From NCBI GenBank assembly GCA_964405235.1, contig CAYONG010000285.1, forward strand, positions 1,552 to 65,551: a stretch of 64,000 nucleotides of DNA, in the 5' to 3' direction. The notes beneath the pieces are model-generated. The model was not told the origin of the DNA. It saw nothing but the letters and a program-made list of their open reading frames with translations, and searched no databases. The stretch comes from an uncultured bacterium. GTDB taxonomy: Bacteria > Eisenbacteria > RBG-16-71-46. How positions within the stretch are numbered: position 1 is the stretch's first letter; the number at the start of each line of letters is the position of its first letter. Positions 27,429-35,468 of this stretch are shown here, one piece after another. The translations under genes and the position numbers were made by a program.

Positions 27429-29264
27429 CTACCGCCGAATCGCCGCCTGCATCTCCGCGAGCGAGCGTGCCACGCCGCCGCGCACCACCCACGCCACCCG
27501 GCGCAGGTTCGCGACGTCGCGCATGGGGTCGGCGGCGACGAGAAGCAGGTCCGCGAGCTTGCCGGGCTCGACCGTGCCGAAATCGGCTTCGCGCCCCATC
27601 GCCCGGGCTCCGTTTCGGGTCGCGGCGACGATGATGTCCATCGGCCGCATCCCGGCGCGTTGCATCCATTCCATCTCGGCGTGGATCGCAGGGCCATGGA
27701 GCGTGAGCGGATTACCGGCATCGGTGCCCATCGCGATCGGGATGCCCGCCCGGTGCACGCGGAGCAGGTTGTCATCCATGGTGCGATGAAGGCTGTCGGT
27801 GGCGGTTTGCCGCGGCACCGCCCGCCGTTGCCCGAGGCGGCGCGCGGTCGTGGGCGTCGCGGCCAGGTGGGCCAGCGTGAGCGAGTCGACCACGCCGTTG
27901 GGATCATCCACGGCCGGCGGCGTGCCGTTGGTGACCGATTCCGCCATCCGCACGTAACCGTCGCGCACCGAGAGCGTTGGACAGTAGAGCGCTCCGTTAT
28001 GCCGGCAGAGGTCGAGGAACTCGTCGTCCACCGGCAGGTCCTGGACGCTGTGCACCAGCAGCCTCGCCCCGGCCCGCAGCGCCACCTTGGCTTCGCGCAG
28101 CCCGGTCGCGTGCACGATGAGCGGCAGGCCCGCGCGCCGCGCCGCTTCGCCCGCAGCGAGCACCGCGCGCTCCAAGGCCGCGAAGTCGCTCCCCGCGCGC
28201 ACGATGAACCACACCTTGACCGCGTCGGCACCGATGGCCTTGAGGTACCTCACGCCTTCATGGGCGCTCGCGGAATCGCGCAGGACCATGAACTGGCGTT
28301 CGGCCGGCAGGTTGAGCCAGTGGTCGACCGTCGTGAGCAGCGGCCCGGCGGTCGAGACGTGGGGCGCCTCGGTGCTGTGCTCGGCGTCGTCACGCATGCG
28401 CAGCGTCCACGGATACCCGCCCACGTCGAACACGGCGGTCACCCCCGAGGCAAGCCACGCACGGTGGAATCTCTCGGGGTGGGCCTGGAGACGCGCCTCG
28501 ACCGCGTCATACGGATGTTCGGCCCGCAGATCGAGCGCGTCCGGCCGCCCATCGGCCCAGCCGGTCTGCGAGTAGTGGACGTGCGCGTCCACCAATCCGG
28601 GAAGCACCCACATGCCGCGGGCATCGAGCGTTTCCACACCGGCAGGCACCGGGCAGTGCGCGCGCGGCCCCGCGCACTCGATCCGGCCATCGCGGATGAC
28701 GATGACCGCGTCCCGGACCGGCTGGCCTCCGGTCCCATCCACGAGCGTCGCCCCGACGATGGCCCGCGGTGGCGGCGGCACTCCGGGGAGCGCCGCGAAG
28801 GCGCTGGTCACGGCGATCCTCCACCCGTCGGGCGTCGCGACGAAGACGCGCTCGGAGAGGCCGGTCTGCTCGACCGCGCCGTAACGCACACGGTAGCGGT
28901 AGGTGCCGTAGACCACTCCCGCTCTGATCGGAGCGAGCCGAAGGTCGAGCGCTTCAAAATGATCGGGCCACCCGCGTCCCGCCGACGAGTCGAGCGCGGC
29001 GTATCCGAACGCGATGCCCGTCGAGCCGGTGCGCGCCAGACCTTTGGAGCGCAGGTAGCACGCGAGGTACGCATCGCGATCGCGGCGGCGGATGGCATCG
29101 AGGTTGGAATCGAATACGCGCCGGGCGGCGGCGATGTCGGTGGCGGCCACCGAGTCGCCAGAGTCAACCCGCTGCGCCCAGGCGCGGTCCGTCGGCGTCC
29201 AGGCCACAAGCGTGGCGAGAAACGCCAGCACGAGTAGCCTGGCCCGGCCGGGCGGGTGCCTCAA
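27429..29264 (-). CDS. Secreted metal-dependent amidohydrolase with N-terminal NTF2-like domain
   Basis: Signal peptide LLVLAFLATLVAWTPTDRAWA. The PGLVDAHVHYSQTGW H-x-H motif, HATG and GTDAGNP are typical of the amidohydrolase superfamily. The start overlaps the dihydropyrimidinase stop (29261-29264). Confidence 0.75.
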   Translation of the reverse strand: MRHPPGRARLLVLAFLATLVAWTPTDRAWAQRVDSGDSVAATDIAAARRVFDSNLDAIRRRDRDAYLACYLRSKGLARTGSTGIAFGYAALDSSAGRGWPDHFEALDLRLAPIRAGVVYGTYRYRVRYGAVEQTGLSERVFVATPDGWRIAVTSAFAALPGVPPPPRAIVGATLVDGTGGQPVRDAVIVIRDGRIECAGPRAHCPVPAGVETLDARGMWVLPGLVDAHVHYSQTGWADGRPDALDLRAEHPYDAVEARLQAHPERFHRAWLASGVTAVFDVGGYPWTLRMRDDAEHSTEAPHVSTAGPLLTTVDHWLNLPAERQFMVLRDSASAHEGVRYLKAIGADAVKVWFIVRAGSDFAALERAVLAAGEAARRAGLPLIVHATGLREAKVALRAGARLLVHSVQDLPVDDEFLDLCRHNGALYCPTLSVRDGYVRMAESVTNGTPPAVDDPNGVVDSLTLAHLAATPTTARRLGQRRAVPRQTATDSLHRTMDDNLLRVHRAGIPIAMGTDAGNPLTLHGPAIHAEMEWMQRAGMRPMDIIVAATRNGARAMGREADFGTVEPGKLADLLLVAADPMRDVANLRRVAWVVRGGVARSLAEMQAAIRR

Positions 29265-30694
29265 CCCACCTGCCCCGCCGCCGTCACGCTCTCGGGATGC
29301 GACGGGCCGCTCTTCGTCACTTCGCGTCTGATGAAGCGGCCGGCGCCACGCTCGACCTCGAGCTTGCCGTCACGGAACTGGACCCGGCCGTTGACGACCA
29401 CGTGCGTCGGCTTCCCGCGCACCTTGAACCCCTCGAAGATGTTGCGGTCGCATTTAGAGTGATGGGTCTTCGCGCTCCGCACGCCCTCGCTCGTCGGGTC
29501 GTAGAGCACCAGGTCTGCGTCGCTCCCCACCGCGACGGTGCCCTTGCGCGGATAGAGACCGAAGATCCGGGCCGGGTTGGTGCTGCCGAGCGCCACCATG
29601 CGCTGCAGGTCGAAGTGCCCCTCGCACACGCCATGTGTGTAGAGGAGCTGCAGGCGATCCTCGATGCCGGCGGCGCCGTTCGGGATACGGGTGAAGTCGT
29701 CCTTGCCCATCCGCTTCTGCTCCATGGTGAACGGGCAGTGATCGGTGCCGATCGAGTCGAGCATGCCGCTCGTGAGCCCGGTCCACAGCGCGTCGTGATG
29801 GCCCACGTTGGGCGGGCGGATCGGGGGGCTCATGACGTAGGCCGAGCCCTCGAAGTCCGGCTTCGCGAATACGCTGTCGTCCAACATTAGATATTGCGGG
29901 CAGGTCTCGCCGTAGCACCGCTGCCCGCGCAGCTTGGCGCGTTCGAGCGCCTGAACCGACTCCTTGCAGGTCATGTGCACGATGTAGGCGCGCGTGCCGT
30001 GCAGGTGCGCCATCATCAGCGCGCGCTCGGTGGCCTCGCCCTCGACCGCGCTCGGACGCGAGACCGGGTGGTACTCGGGCCCAAGCTTGCCCGCCGCGAC
30101 CAGCTCCTTCTGGAGATTGAACACCACGTCACCGTTCTCGGCGTGCACGGCGACGACCGCGCCCAGCTTCGCGGCCTGCTTCATGACCTGGTAGAGCTCA
30201 CCGTCGTCCACCATGATGGCGCCCTTGTAAGCCATGAACACCTTGAACGATGTGATGCCGTGCTCCTGGACCACCGCGCGCATCTCCCCGGCGGTCTTGT
30301 CCGTCCAACCGGTGATCGCCATGTGGTAGCTGTGGTCTACCGGCGACTTCCGGCTGCGCTCCTGCCAGATGTTCAATCCCTCAAGCAGTGACTGGCCCCG
30401 GGCCGGGATGCAGAAATCGATGAAGCAGGTGGTGCCGCCCGCGACACCCGAGGCAGGCCCGGTGAAGAAGTCGTCGGCCGACACCGTGCCCATGAACGGC
30501 AGCTCCATGTGCACGTGCGGATCGATGAACCCGGGGAGCACGAATTGCCCCGAAGCGTCGAGCACCTCGTCCTTCGCGCCCCGCTTCTCGATGTTCTCAC
30601 CGATCGCGACCACGCGGCCGCCTTCGCAGTAGACATCGGCGACGAACCGGTCGGCCGCGGTCACGATCTCGCCGTTCTTGATGAGCAGTCCCAT
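29261..30694 (-). CDS. hydA: Dihydropyrimidinase / D-hydantoinase
   Basis: MGLLIKNGEIVTA...LPGFIDPHVHMELPFMGT...GGTT...FKVFMAYKG...HAENGD...GTDHCPF follows the canonical cyclic amidohydrolase pattern. Confidence 0.85.
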   Translation of the reverse strand: MGLLIKNGEIVTAADRFVADVYCEGGRVVAIGENIEKRGAKDEVLDASGQFVLPGFIDPHVHMELPFMGTVSADDFFTGPASGVAGGTTCFIDFCIPARGQSLLEGLNIWQERSRKSPVDHSYHMAITGWTDKTAGEMRAVVQEHGITSFKVFMAYKGAIMVDDGELYQVMKQAAKLGAVVAVHAENGDVVFNLQKELVAAGKLGPEYHPVSRPSAVEGEATERALMMAHLHGTRAYIVHMTCKESVQALERAKLRGQRCYGETCPQYLMLDDSVFAKPDFEGSAYVMSPPIRPPNVGHHDALWTGLTSGMLDSIGTDHCPFTMEQKRMGKDDFTRIPNGAAGIEDRLQLLYTHGVCEGHFDLQRMVALGSTNPARIFGLYPRKGTVAVGSDADLVLYDPTSEGVRSAKTHHSKCDRNIFEGFKVRGKPTHVVVNGRVQFRDGKLEVERGAGRFIRREVTKSGPSHPESVTAAGQVG

Positions 30695-30709
30695 GAGCCC
30701 CCCGCGCGA

Positions 30710-31420
30710 TCAGCCCCTTCGATACTCCACCAGCCGCATCCATGGCCGCGAGCGGTCGAGCCCGTCGTAGGACTCGAGCACAATGCCCGACTCGTCGGCC
30801 CAAAATGTGTAGCCCCCGTCCTCGCTTTGCGACGGCAGTGTCACGACGTAGCGTCCGGCCGGCACTGGACCGTGCGGGGTCTCAAATGTGCCCTTCTCAA
30901 CGCAGCGGTAGAGCATCCGATCCGGGGTCACCGCCATGATCGGCGGGCCCACACGCAGCACCGGGAACTCGTGCTCGCCGCCCACCTGAAAATCGCGGCG
31001 CGCAAGGATGAGCGTGTTGAAGAGGTGCGTGGCGTAATCCACCTCGCAGTAGTCCGGGAAGTCACCCTCCTGTTCCCGAAAATGGCCGCCGTACTCGATG
31101 CGCACGCGCCACATCGGACCGTCGGCGGCGTGGGTCGCCCGCAGCGTGCGCTCGCCCACCGTCCACAGCACCTCGAGCCCGGTGATCCGCCACTCGCGGG
31201 TGAGCGTCACGCGATACGCGTGGCGGTTCGGTAACGGGTGCGGAGGCACGGTCTCCTGCTCGCCGCTCACGACCATGCCATCGGCGGAACCCTCGATGCG
31301 CCAGCGCTCCTCACCGCACTCGACCCCGGCGTGGTAGAGGACGTAGCGGCCTTGGAGCCTGGGGAGCCCGGGGATCGCCGTCCCCGCCTCGCCTGTGGAA
31401 TCGATCGCGGGAGACGTCAC
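30710..31420 (-). CDS. Hypothetical protein (possible DUF1089/glycolipid-binding-like beta-rich protein)
   Basis: The GTG start at 31420 overlaps the upstream stop (GTGA). Only the C-terminal 236 aa of track ORF 30710..32257 have coding-like composition. The rest overlaps the nitrilase-family gene in another frame. Confidence 0.5.
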   Translation of the reverse strand: MTSPAIDSTGEAGTAIPGLPRLQGRYVLYHAGVECGEERWRIEGSADGMVVSGEQETVPPHPLPNRHAYRVTLTREWRITGLEVLWTVGERTLRATHAADGPMWRVRIEYGGHFREQEGDFPDYCEVDYATHLFNTLILARRDFQVGGEHEFPVLRVGPPIMAVTPDRMLYRCVEKGTFETPHGPVPAGRYVVTLPSQSEDGGYTFWADESGIVLESYDGLDRSRPWMRLVEYRRG

Positions 31421-32289
31421 GGGGCCAGGTCCACCAGCTCGTCGTAGGTCTCGGGTCGCCGGTCGCGGTAGAACTGCCAGATGCGCCGGACCTCCTCGAT
31501 CATGTCGAGGTCCATCTCGGCGACCACGAGTTCGTCCTTGTCCTCGCCGCCCTGGGCGAGAAAGTTCCCGCGCGGGTCCACGAAGTAGGACGACCCGTAG
31601 AACTTGCCGATGTTCCAGGGCGCCTCGGTGCCGACCCGGTTGCTGCATCCCATGAAGTAGCCGTTGGCGACCGCGTGGGCGGGCTGCTCGAGTTTCCACA
31701 GGTACTGCGAGAGCCCGGCGACCGTGGCGCTCGGGTTGAAGACGATCTCGGCGCCGTTCAACCCCAGCGCGCGCGCGCCCTCGGGGAAGTGGCGGTCGTA
31801 GCAGATGTACACGCCAACCTTGGCGTAGCGGGTCTGGAACACCGGGTAGCCGAGGTTGCCCGGCTTGAAGAAGTATTTCTCCCAGAACCCCGACGTGTGC
31901 GGGATGTGATTCTTCCGGTACTTGCCGAGGTAGGAGCCGTCGGCGTCGTAGACCGCGGCGGTGTTGTAGTAGACGCCGGGCAGGTCGCGCTCGTAAACCG
32001 GCACCACCACCGCCATCTGGTACTTCGAGGCGATCTTCGCCACCGCGTCGGTGGTGGGCCCCGGCACCGGCTCGGTCGCGTCGTACCAGCGCGGGTCCTG
32101 GCTCGGGCAGAAGTAGGGACCGTCGAAGATTTCCTGCAGGCAGAGCACCTGCACGCCCTTCTTCCCTGCTTCCTCGATCAGGGGCACGTGCTTGTCGAAC
32201 ATCGCCTGCTTGATCTTCGCGACCGGGAGTGACTCGTCGTTGAGCGGGTTGCTGCACTGGATCAGACCGCCGATGAGTTTCCGGGGCAT
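31417..32289 (-). CDS. Carbon-nitrogen hydrolase (nitrilase superfamily), beta-ureidopropionase / N-carbamoyl-beta-alanine amidohydrolase-like
   Basis: LCLQEIF (Glu), YRKNHIP (Lys) and GVYICYDRHFPE (Cys) form the catalytic triad context. Its position beside the dihydropyrimidinase gene supports the call. Confidence 0.8.
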   Translation of the reverse strand: MPRKLIGGLIQCSNPLNDESLPVAKIKQAMFDKHVPLIEEAGKKGVQVLCLQEIFDGPYFCPSQDPRWYDATEPVPGPTTDAVAKIASKYQMAVVVPVYERDLPGVYYNTAAVYDADGSYLGKYRKNHIPHTSGFWEKYFFKPGNLGYPVFQTRYAKVGVYICYDRHFPEGARALGLNGAEIVFNPSATVAGLSQYLWKLEQPAHAVANGYFMGCSNRVGTEAPWNIGKFYGSSYFVDPRGNFLAQGGEDKDELVVAEMDLDMIEEVRRIWQFYRDRRPETYDELVDLAP

Positions 32290-32476
32290 GAGACGTTCCT
32301 CGTTGAGGGGGTGATCGCGGCGACGGCTCCGTTCAGCGGTCGTTCAGTACTTCTCGGTCATGGGCCAGAGCGTACGGCGGATAGAGCGTGTTCCAGCGGG
32401 TGATGAGCGCACCGATCGCGCCGCCGGGCGCGTGCCGACACCACCGCGAGCGCCTCAAAGGTGAGGACCATCCCCA

Positions 32477-32911
32477 TCAGCCCCTCACAACCGCCACGCC
32501 GGGAGCAGCCACGCCTGCCGCCTGCGCGCCGCTCCAGGCGCCGAGCCAGTAAAGCGCGCTCGATGCGATCGCGAACCACACCGGGTGCGGGATGATCATG
32601 AGATTCATGAGCCCGGCACAGAACAGGAGCGCGGCGAGGATCATGGCATGCATCATCTTCGCCTTCGGCGCGAAGCGCGCCGCCACCCAGCCTCCGGCGA
32701 CGCTGCCCGCGGCGTAGGAGAGCAGCACGAAGAGCAGCGCCGCGAGCGGGATCTGCGCCATCGCCGCCTTGATGGATTCGGGATTCGTGGGGTCCATCCC
32801 TGCCGGTGGCGGGTAGAGACGCATGCCAATCATCTGGACCACGGCGATCAGGACGAACGCGACCAGCAGCCCCGAGATGACGGCGAGGATGCTGCGGACG
32901 ACCGGGTTCAT
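32477..32911 (-). CDS. Small integral membrane protein (about 4 TM), unknown function
   Basis: Four hydrophobic stretches (ILAVISGLLVAFVLIAVV, LAALLFVLLSYAAGSVAGGWV, ILAALLFCAGLMNLMII, WFAIASSALYWLGAW). Lies between mmsA and the nitrilase-family gene on the same strand. Confidence 0.6.
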   Translation of the reverse strand: MNPVVRSILAVISGLLVAFVLIAVVQMIGMRLYPPPAGMDPTNPESIKAAMAQIPLAALLFVLLSYAAGSVAGGWVAARFAPKAKMMHAMILAALLFCAGLMNLMIIPHPVWFAIASSALYWLGAWSGAQAAGVAAPGVAVVRG

Positions 32912-32969
32912 TCCGCCTCCCAGGGAGCGCGGGACGGCCGTGCGTACGACCGTCCCGCATCACGGTCCT

Positions 32970-34478
32970 CTACAACCACCGCGTGATGACCACTTTCTTG
33001 TCGGTGTAGAACTCGACCCCGTCGCGGCCGTGCGCCTTGAGGTCGCCGAAAAACGATCCCTTCGCACCGCCGAACGGGAAGTAGGCCATCGGCGCCGCGA
33101 CGCCAATGTTGACGCCCAGCATGCTGGGCTCGACCCGATAGCGGTACTCGCGCGCCCACTTACCGCTCGAGGTGAAGATGCTGGTCGCGTTGCCGAGGTC
33201 GTGCCGGCGCACGATGGCGACCGCCTCGTCGAAGTCCTTCGCACGCATGAGGCACAGCACCGGCCCGAAGATCTCCTCGCGGCCGATCACCATGTCGGGC
33301 GTCACGCCGTCGAAGATGGAGGGGCCGAGGAAGTAGCCGTCGGGGTGCTTCGCGTCCCGGTAGGCGCGCCCGTCGAGGATGAGCTTCGCCCCTTCGGCCA
33401 GACCCTTCTCGATGTAGCCGAGCACCTTCTCGCGGTGCTGCTGGGTGATGAGCGGCCCCATCGTGACGCCGGCCTCCTCGCCGCCGCCCACCTTGAGCTT
33501 CTTGGTCTCGGCGACCAGCTTGTCACGGATGCGGTCGTAGGCATCCCCGACCGCGAGCACCACGCTGTTTGCGAGGCAGCGCTCGCCCGCGCATCCGAAG
33601 CACGACTCGGTCGAGATCGCGGCTGCCCGATCCATGTCGGCATCGGGCATCACCACGACGAAGTTCTTGGCGCCGCCCAGAGCCTGCACGCGTTTGCCCC
33701 TCTCGGCGCCGCGCTTGTAGACGTAGTGGGCGACGGGCGACGAACCCACGAACGACACCCCGGCGATCCCCGGGTGGTCGAGGATGGCGTCCACCGATTC
33801 CTTGGCGCCGTGCACCAGGTTCACCACGCCCTCGGGGAATCCGGCCTGGTGCAGCAGCTCGAAGATCTTCACCTGCGAGAGCGGCACCCGCTCGCTGGGC
33901 TTGACGATGAACGTGTTCCCGCACGCTACGGCGTAGGGCAGGAACCACATCGGCACCATCACCGGGAAGTTGAACGGGGTGATGGCCGCGAACACCCCGA
34001 GCGGCTGGCGCACGGTGTGGCAATCGATGCCGGTGGCGATGTCCTCGAGCGAAGTGCCCTGCATGAGCTGCGGGATCGCCAGCGCGTTGTCGATGTTGTC
34101 GATCGCGCGGCGCACCGAGGAACGCGACTCCTCGAGCGTCTTGCCGTGCTCGCGGGTGCACACACGCGCGATGTCCTCGAAATGCTCCTCGAACAAACTC
34201 TTCAGCTTGAAGAGGGGCTTGAGCCGGTTCACGGGCGGCGTCGCGCGCCAGGCAGGGTAGGCCTTGAGTGCCGCCTGCACCGCGCGGTCGACGTCGGCGG
34301 CGCCGCCCAGCGGCACACGCGCGAGCAGCGCATCGGTGGCGGGATTGCGGACCTCGCCAATGTGGGTCGCGTCCGAGGCGACCCAGCGGCCGCCGATGTA
34401 GTTCTGGATGGTGGTGACGGCGTCGCTGGTCGCCGTCTCGTGGCCGTTGACGACGGCCTGCTCGCGCGGTGCCGACAT
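32970..34478 (-). CDS. mmsA: Methylmalonate/malonate-semialdehyde dehydrogenase (CoA-acylating)
   Basis: I chose the start ATG at 34478 (MSAPREQ...). IQNYIGGRWV, ITPFNFPVMVPMWFLPYAVACGNTFIVKPSE, the FGCAGERC catalytic Cys, and length 502 aa all fit MmsA. Confidence 0.85.
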   Translation of the reverse strand: MSAPREQAVVNGHETATSDAVTTIQNYIGGRWVASDATHIGEVRNPATDALLARVPLGGAADVDRAVQAALKAYPAWRATPPVNRLKPLFKLKSLFEEHFEDIARVCTREHGKTLEESRSSVRRAIDNIDNALAIPQLMQGTSLEDIATGIDCHTVRQPLGVFAAITPFNFPVMVPMWFLPYAVACGNTFIVKPSERVPLSQVKIFELLHQAGFPEGVVNLVHGAKESVDAILDHPGIAGVSFVGSSPVAHYVYKRGAERGKRVQALGGAKNFVVVMPDADMDRAAAISTESCFGCAGERCLANSVVLAVGDAYDRIRDKLVAETKKLKVGGGEEAGVTMGPLITQQHREKVLGYIEKGLAEGAKLILDGRAYRDAKHPDGYFLGPSIFDGVTPDMVIGREEIFGPVLCLMRAKDFDEAVAIVRRHDLGNATSIFTSSGKWAREYRYRVEPSMLGVNIGVAAPMAYFPFGGAKGSFFGDLKAHGRDGVEFYTDKKVVITRWL

Positions 34479-34598
34479 GGGATATGACCTCCTCGAGGAT
34501 CGTGAGCCCGGAAGCGCCCACCAAGATACACCCAGGCCGGGTGGGCGTGGAATCGCCAAACCCGCCGTCGGATACGGGTTCAGGCCGTCCGGCCGCGA

Positions 34599-34607
34599 TG
34601 TTAGACT
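34599..34607 (+). promoter_or_regulatory. Extended -10-like element TGtTAGACT upstream of small ORF a (part of conserved motif GATGNTAGACTNCCGCC)
   Basis: The same motif recurs at 37106-37122 before small ORF b. TAGACT is conspicuous in this GC-rich DNA. It lies 31 nt upstream of the ATG at 34639, and a GGAGG RBS sits at 34628-34632. Confidence 0.3.
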
Positions 34608-34638
34608 GCCGCCCGATCGCTCATCATGGAGGCATCCG

Positions 34639-34875
34639 ATGGACCCGGCCTGGCGCGAGCATCTCGAGGCGCTCAAACGCTTCAATGTGTGGGAGGACGG
34701 CCAGCTTCGCGGCCTGCGCCGGGACTATTCGGAGTCGCTCGCCTGGATGGCCGAGGCGTGGAACCTTGCGCGCCGGACAAATCCCGCCTGGGGATCTCCC
34801 AATGGCGGGGAGGAGCAGATCCTTCACCTCGTGAGCTTGCAGCACGCGCTCGCGAAGGCCCGTCTCGGCCCATGA
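34639..34875 (+). CDS. Small (78 aa) hypothetical protein, partner of nucleotidyltransferase A
   Basis: GGAGG RBS 6 nt upstream. GC3 in this frame is very high, while the competing frame (track ORF 34626..35465) has mixed third positions across 34626-34871. The stop overlaps the NTase start (ATGA at 34872-34875). Confidence 0.65.
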   Translation: MDPAWREHLEALKRFNVWEDGQLRGLRRDYSESLAWMAEAWNLARRTNPAWGSPNGGEEQILHLVSLQHALAKARLGP

Positions 34876-35465
34876 ACCATCTCGAGGCGGCCCTGCTGGA
34901 GGTCGTGGGATTCCTGGAAGCCCGGGGAGCCCGATACATGGTGGTGGGCGGCTTCGCCTCGCTCCACTGGGGTCGCCAACGACTTACCGAGGACCTCGAT
35001 TTGACTGTCGAGGTCCAGTTCCCTGCGCTCGCAGGATTCGTCGAAGAACTTGGACGTGAGTTCAAGCTCACCGCCAGCGACCCGCTGGAGTTCGCGCGCG
35101 TGAATCACCTCATCCGCCTGATGACCCGCGTGTCCGTCCCCGTGGATCTGATGCTGGCGGCTCTTCCCTTCCAGGTCGCGGCCCTGGATCGTGCTGTGGA
35201 GATACCCGTGGGACCCCGAACGGTACGCTTCTGCACACCGGAGGATCTCGTCATCTACAAGCTCGCGTCTGAAAGGCCACAGGATCACATCGACGTCGAT
35301 GGCGTGGTCCTGCGCCAGGCCGAGGGGTTGGACCGCAAGTACCTCGACCGGTACGTTTGCGACCTCGCGGCCGGTCTCGAGCGGCCTGACATACTCAGGA
35401 TTTACTCAGCCGCCTTGAAGAGAGCAGGACTCCCCGAACTTCCTCCGAATCGGGGCACGGTGTGA
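34872..35465 (+). CDS. Minimal pol-beta-fold nucleotidyltransferase A (197 aa)
   Basis: VVGGFASLHWGRQRLTEDLDLTV matches hG[GS]-x9-13-DxD (GG at residues 26-27, DLD at 41-43; nt 34947-35000). The C-terminal TPEDLVIYKL helix is shared with NTase B. Confidence 0.7.
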   Translation: MNHLEAALLEVVGFLEARGARYMVVGGFASLHWGRQRLTEDLDLTVEVQFPALAGFVEELGREFKLTASDPLEFARVNHLIRLMTRVSVPVDLMLAALPFQVAALDRAVEIPVGPRTVRFCTPEDLVIYKLASERPQDHIDVDGVVLRQAEGLDRKYLDRYVCDLAAGLERPDILRIYSAALKRAGLPELPPNRGTV

Positions 35466-35468
35466 CCC

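Noticed and set aside
30710-32257. 515-aa fused ORF covering the unknown 236-aa gene and the antisense frame of the nitrilase-family gene region
   Set aside because: Upstream of 31420 it overlaps, out of frame, the well-supported carbon-nitrogen hydrolase gene (31417..32289), and its translation there is low-complexity. Only the 3' part, from the GTG at 31420, is kept. The same logic applies to 41868..43286, which I trimmed to 41868..42776.
34626-34871. 82-codon N-terminal extension of nucleotidyltransferase A (track ORF 34626..35465)
   Set aside because: Third-codon positions in this frame are mixed (about half G/C by eye). The overlapping 34639..34875 frame is almost all G/C at position 3, has a GGAGG RBS and ends in an ATGA junction with the NTase ATG at 34872. 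NTase B has no such extension.
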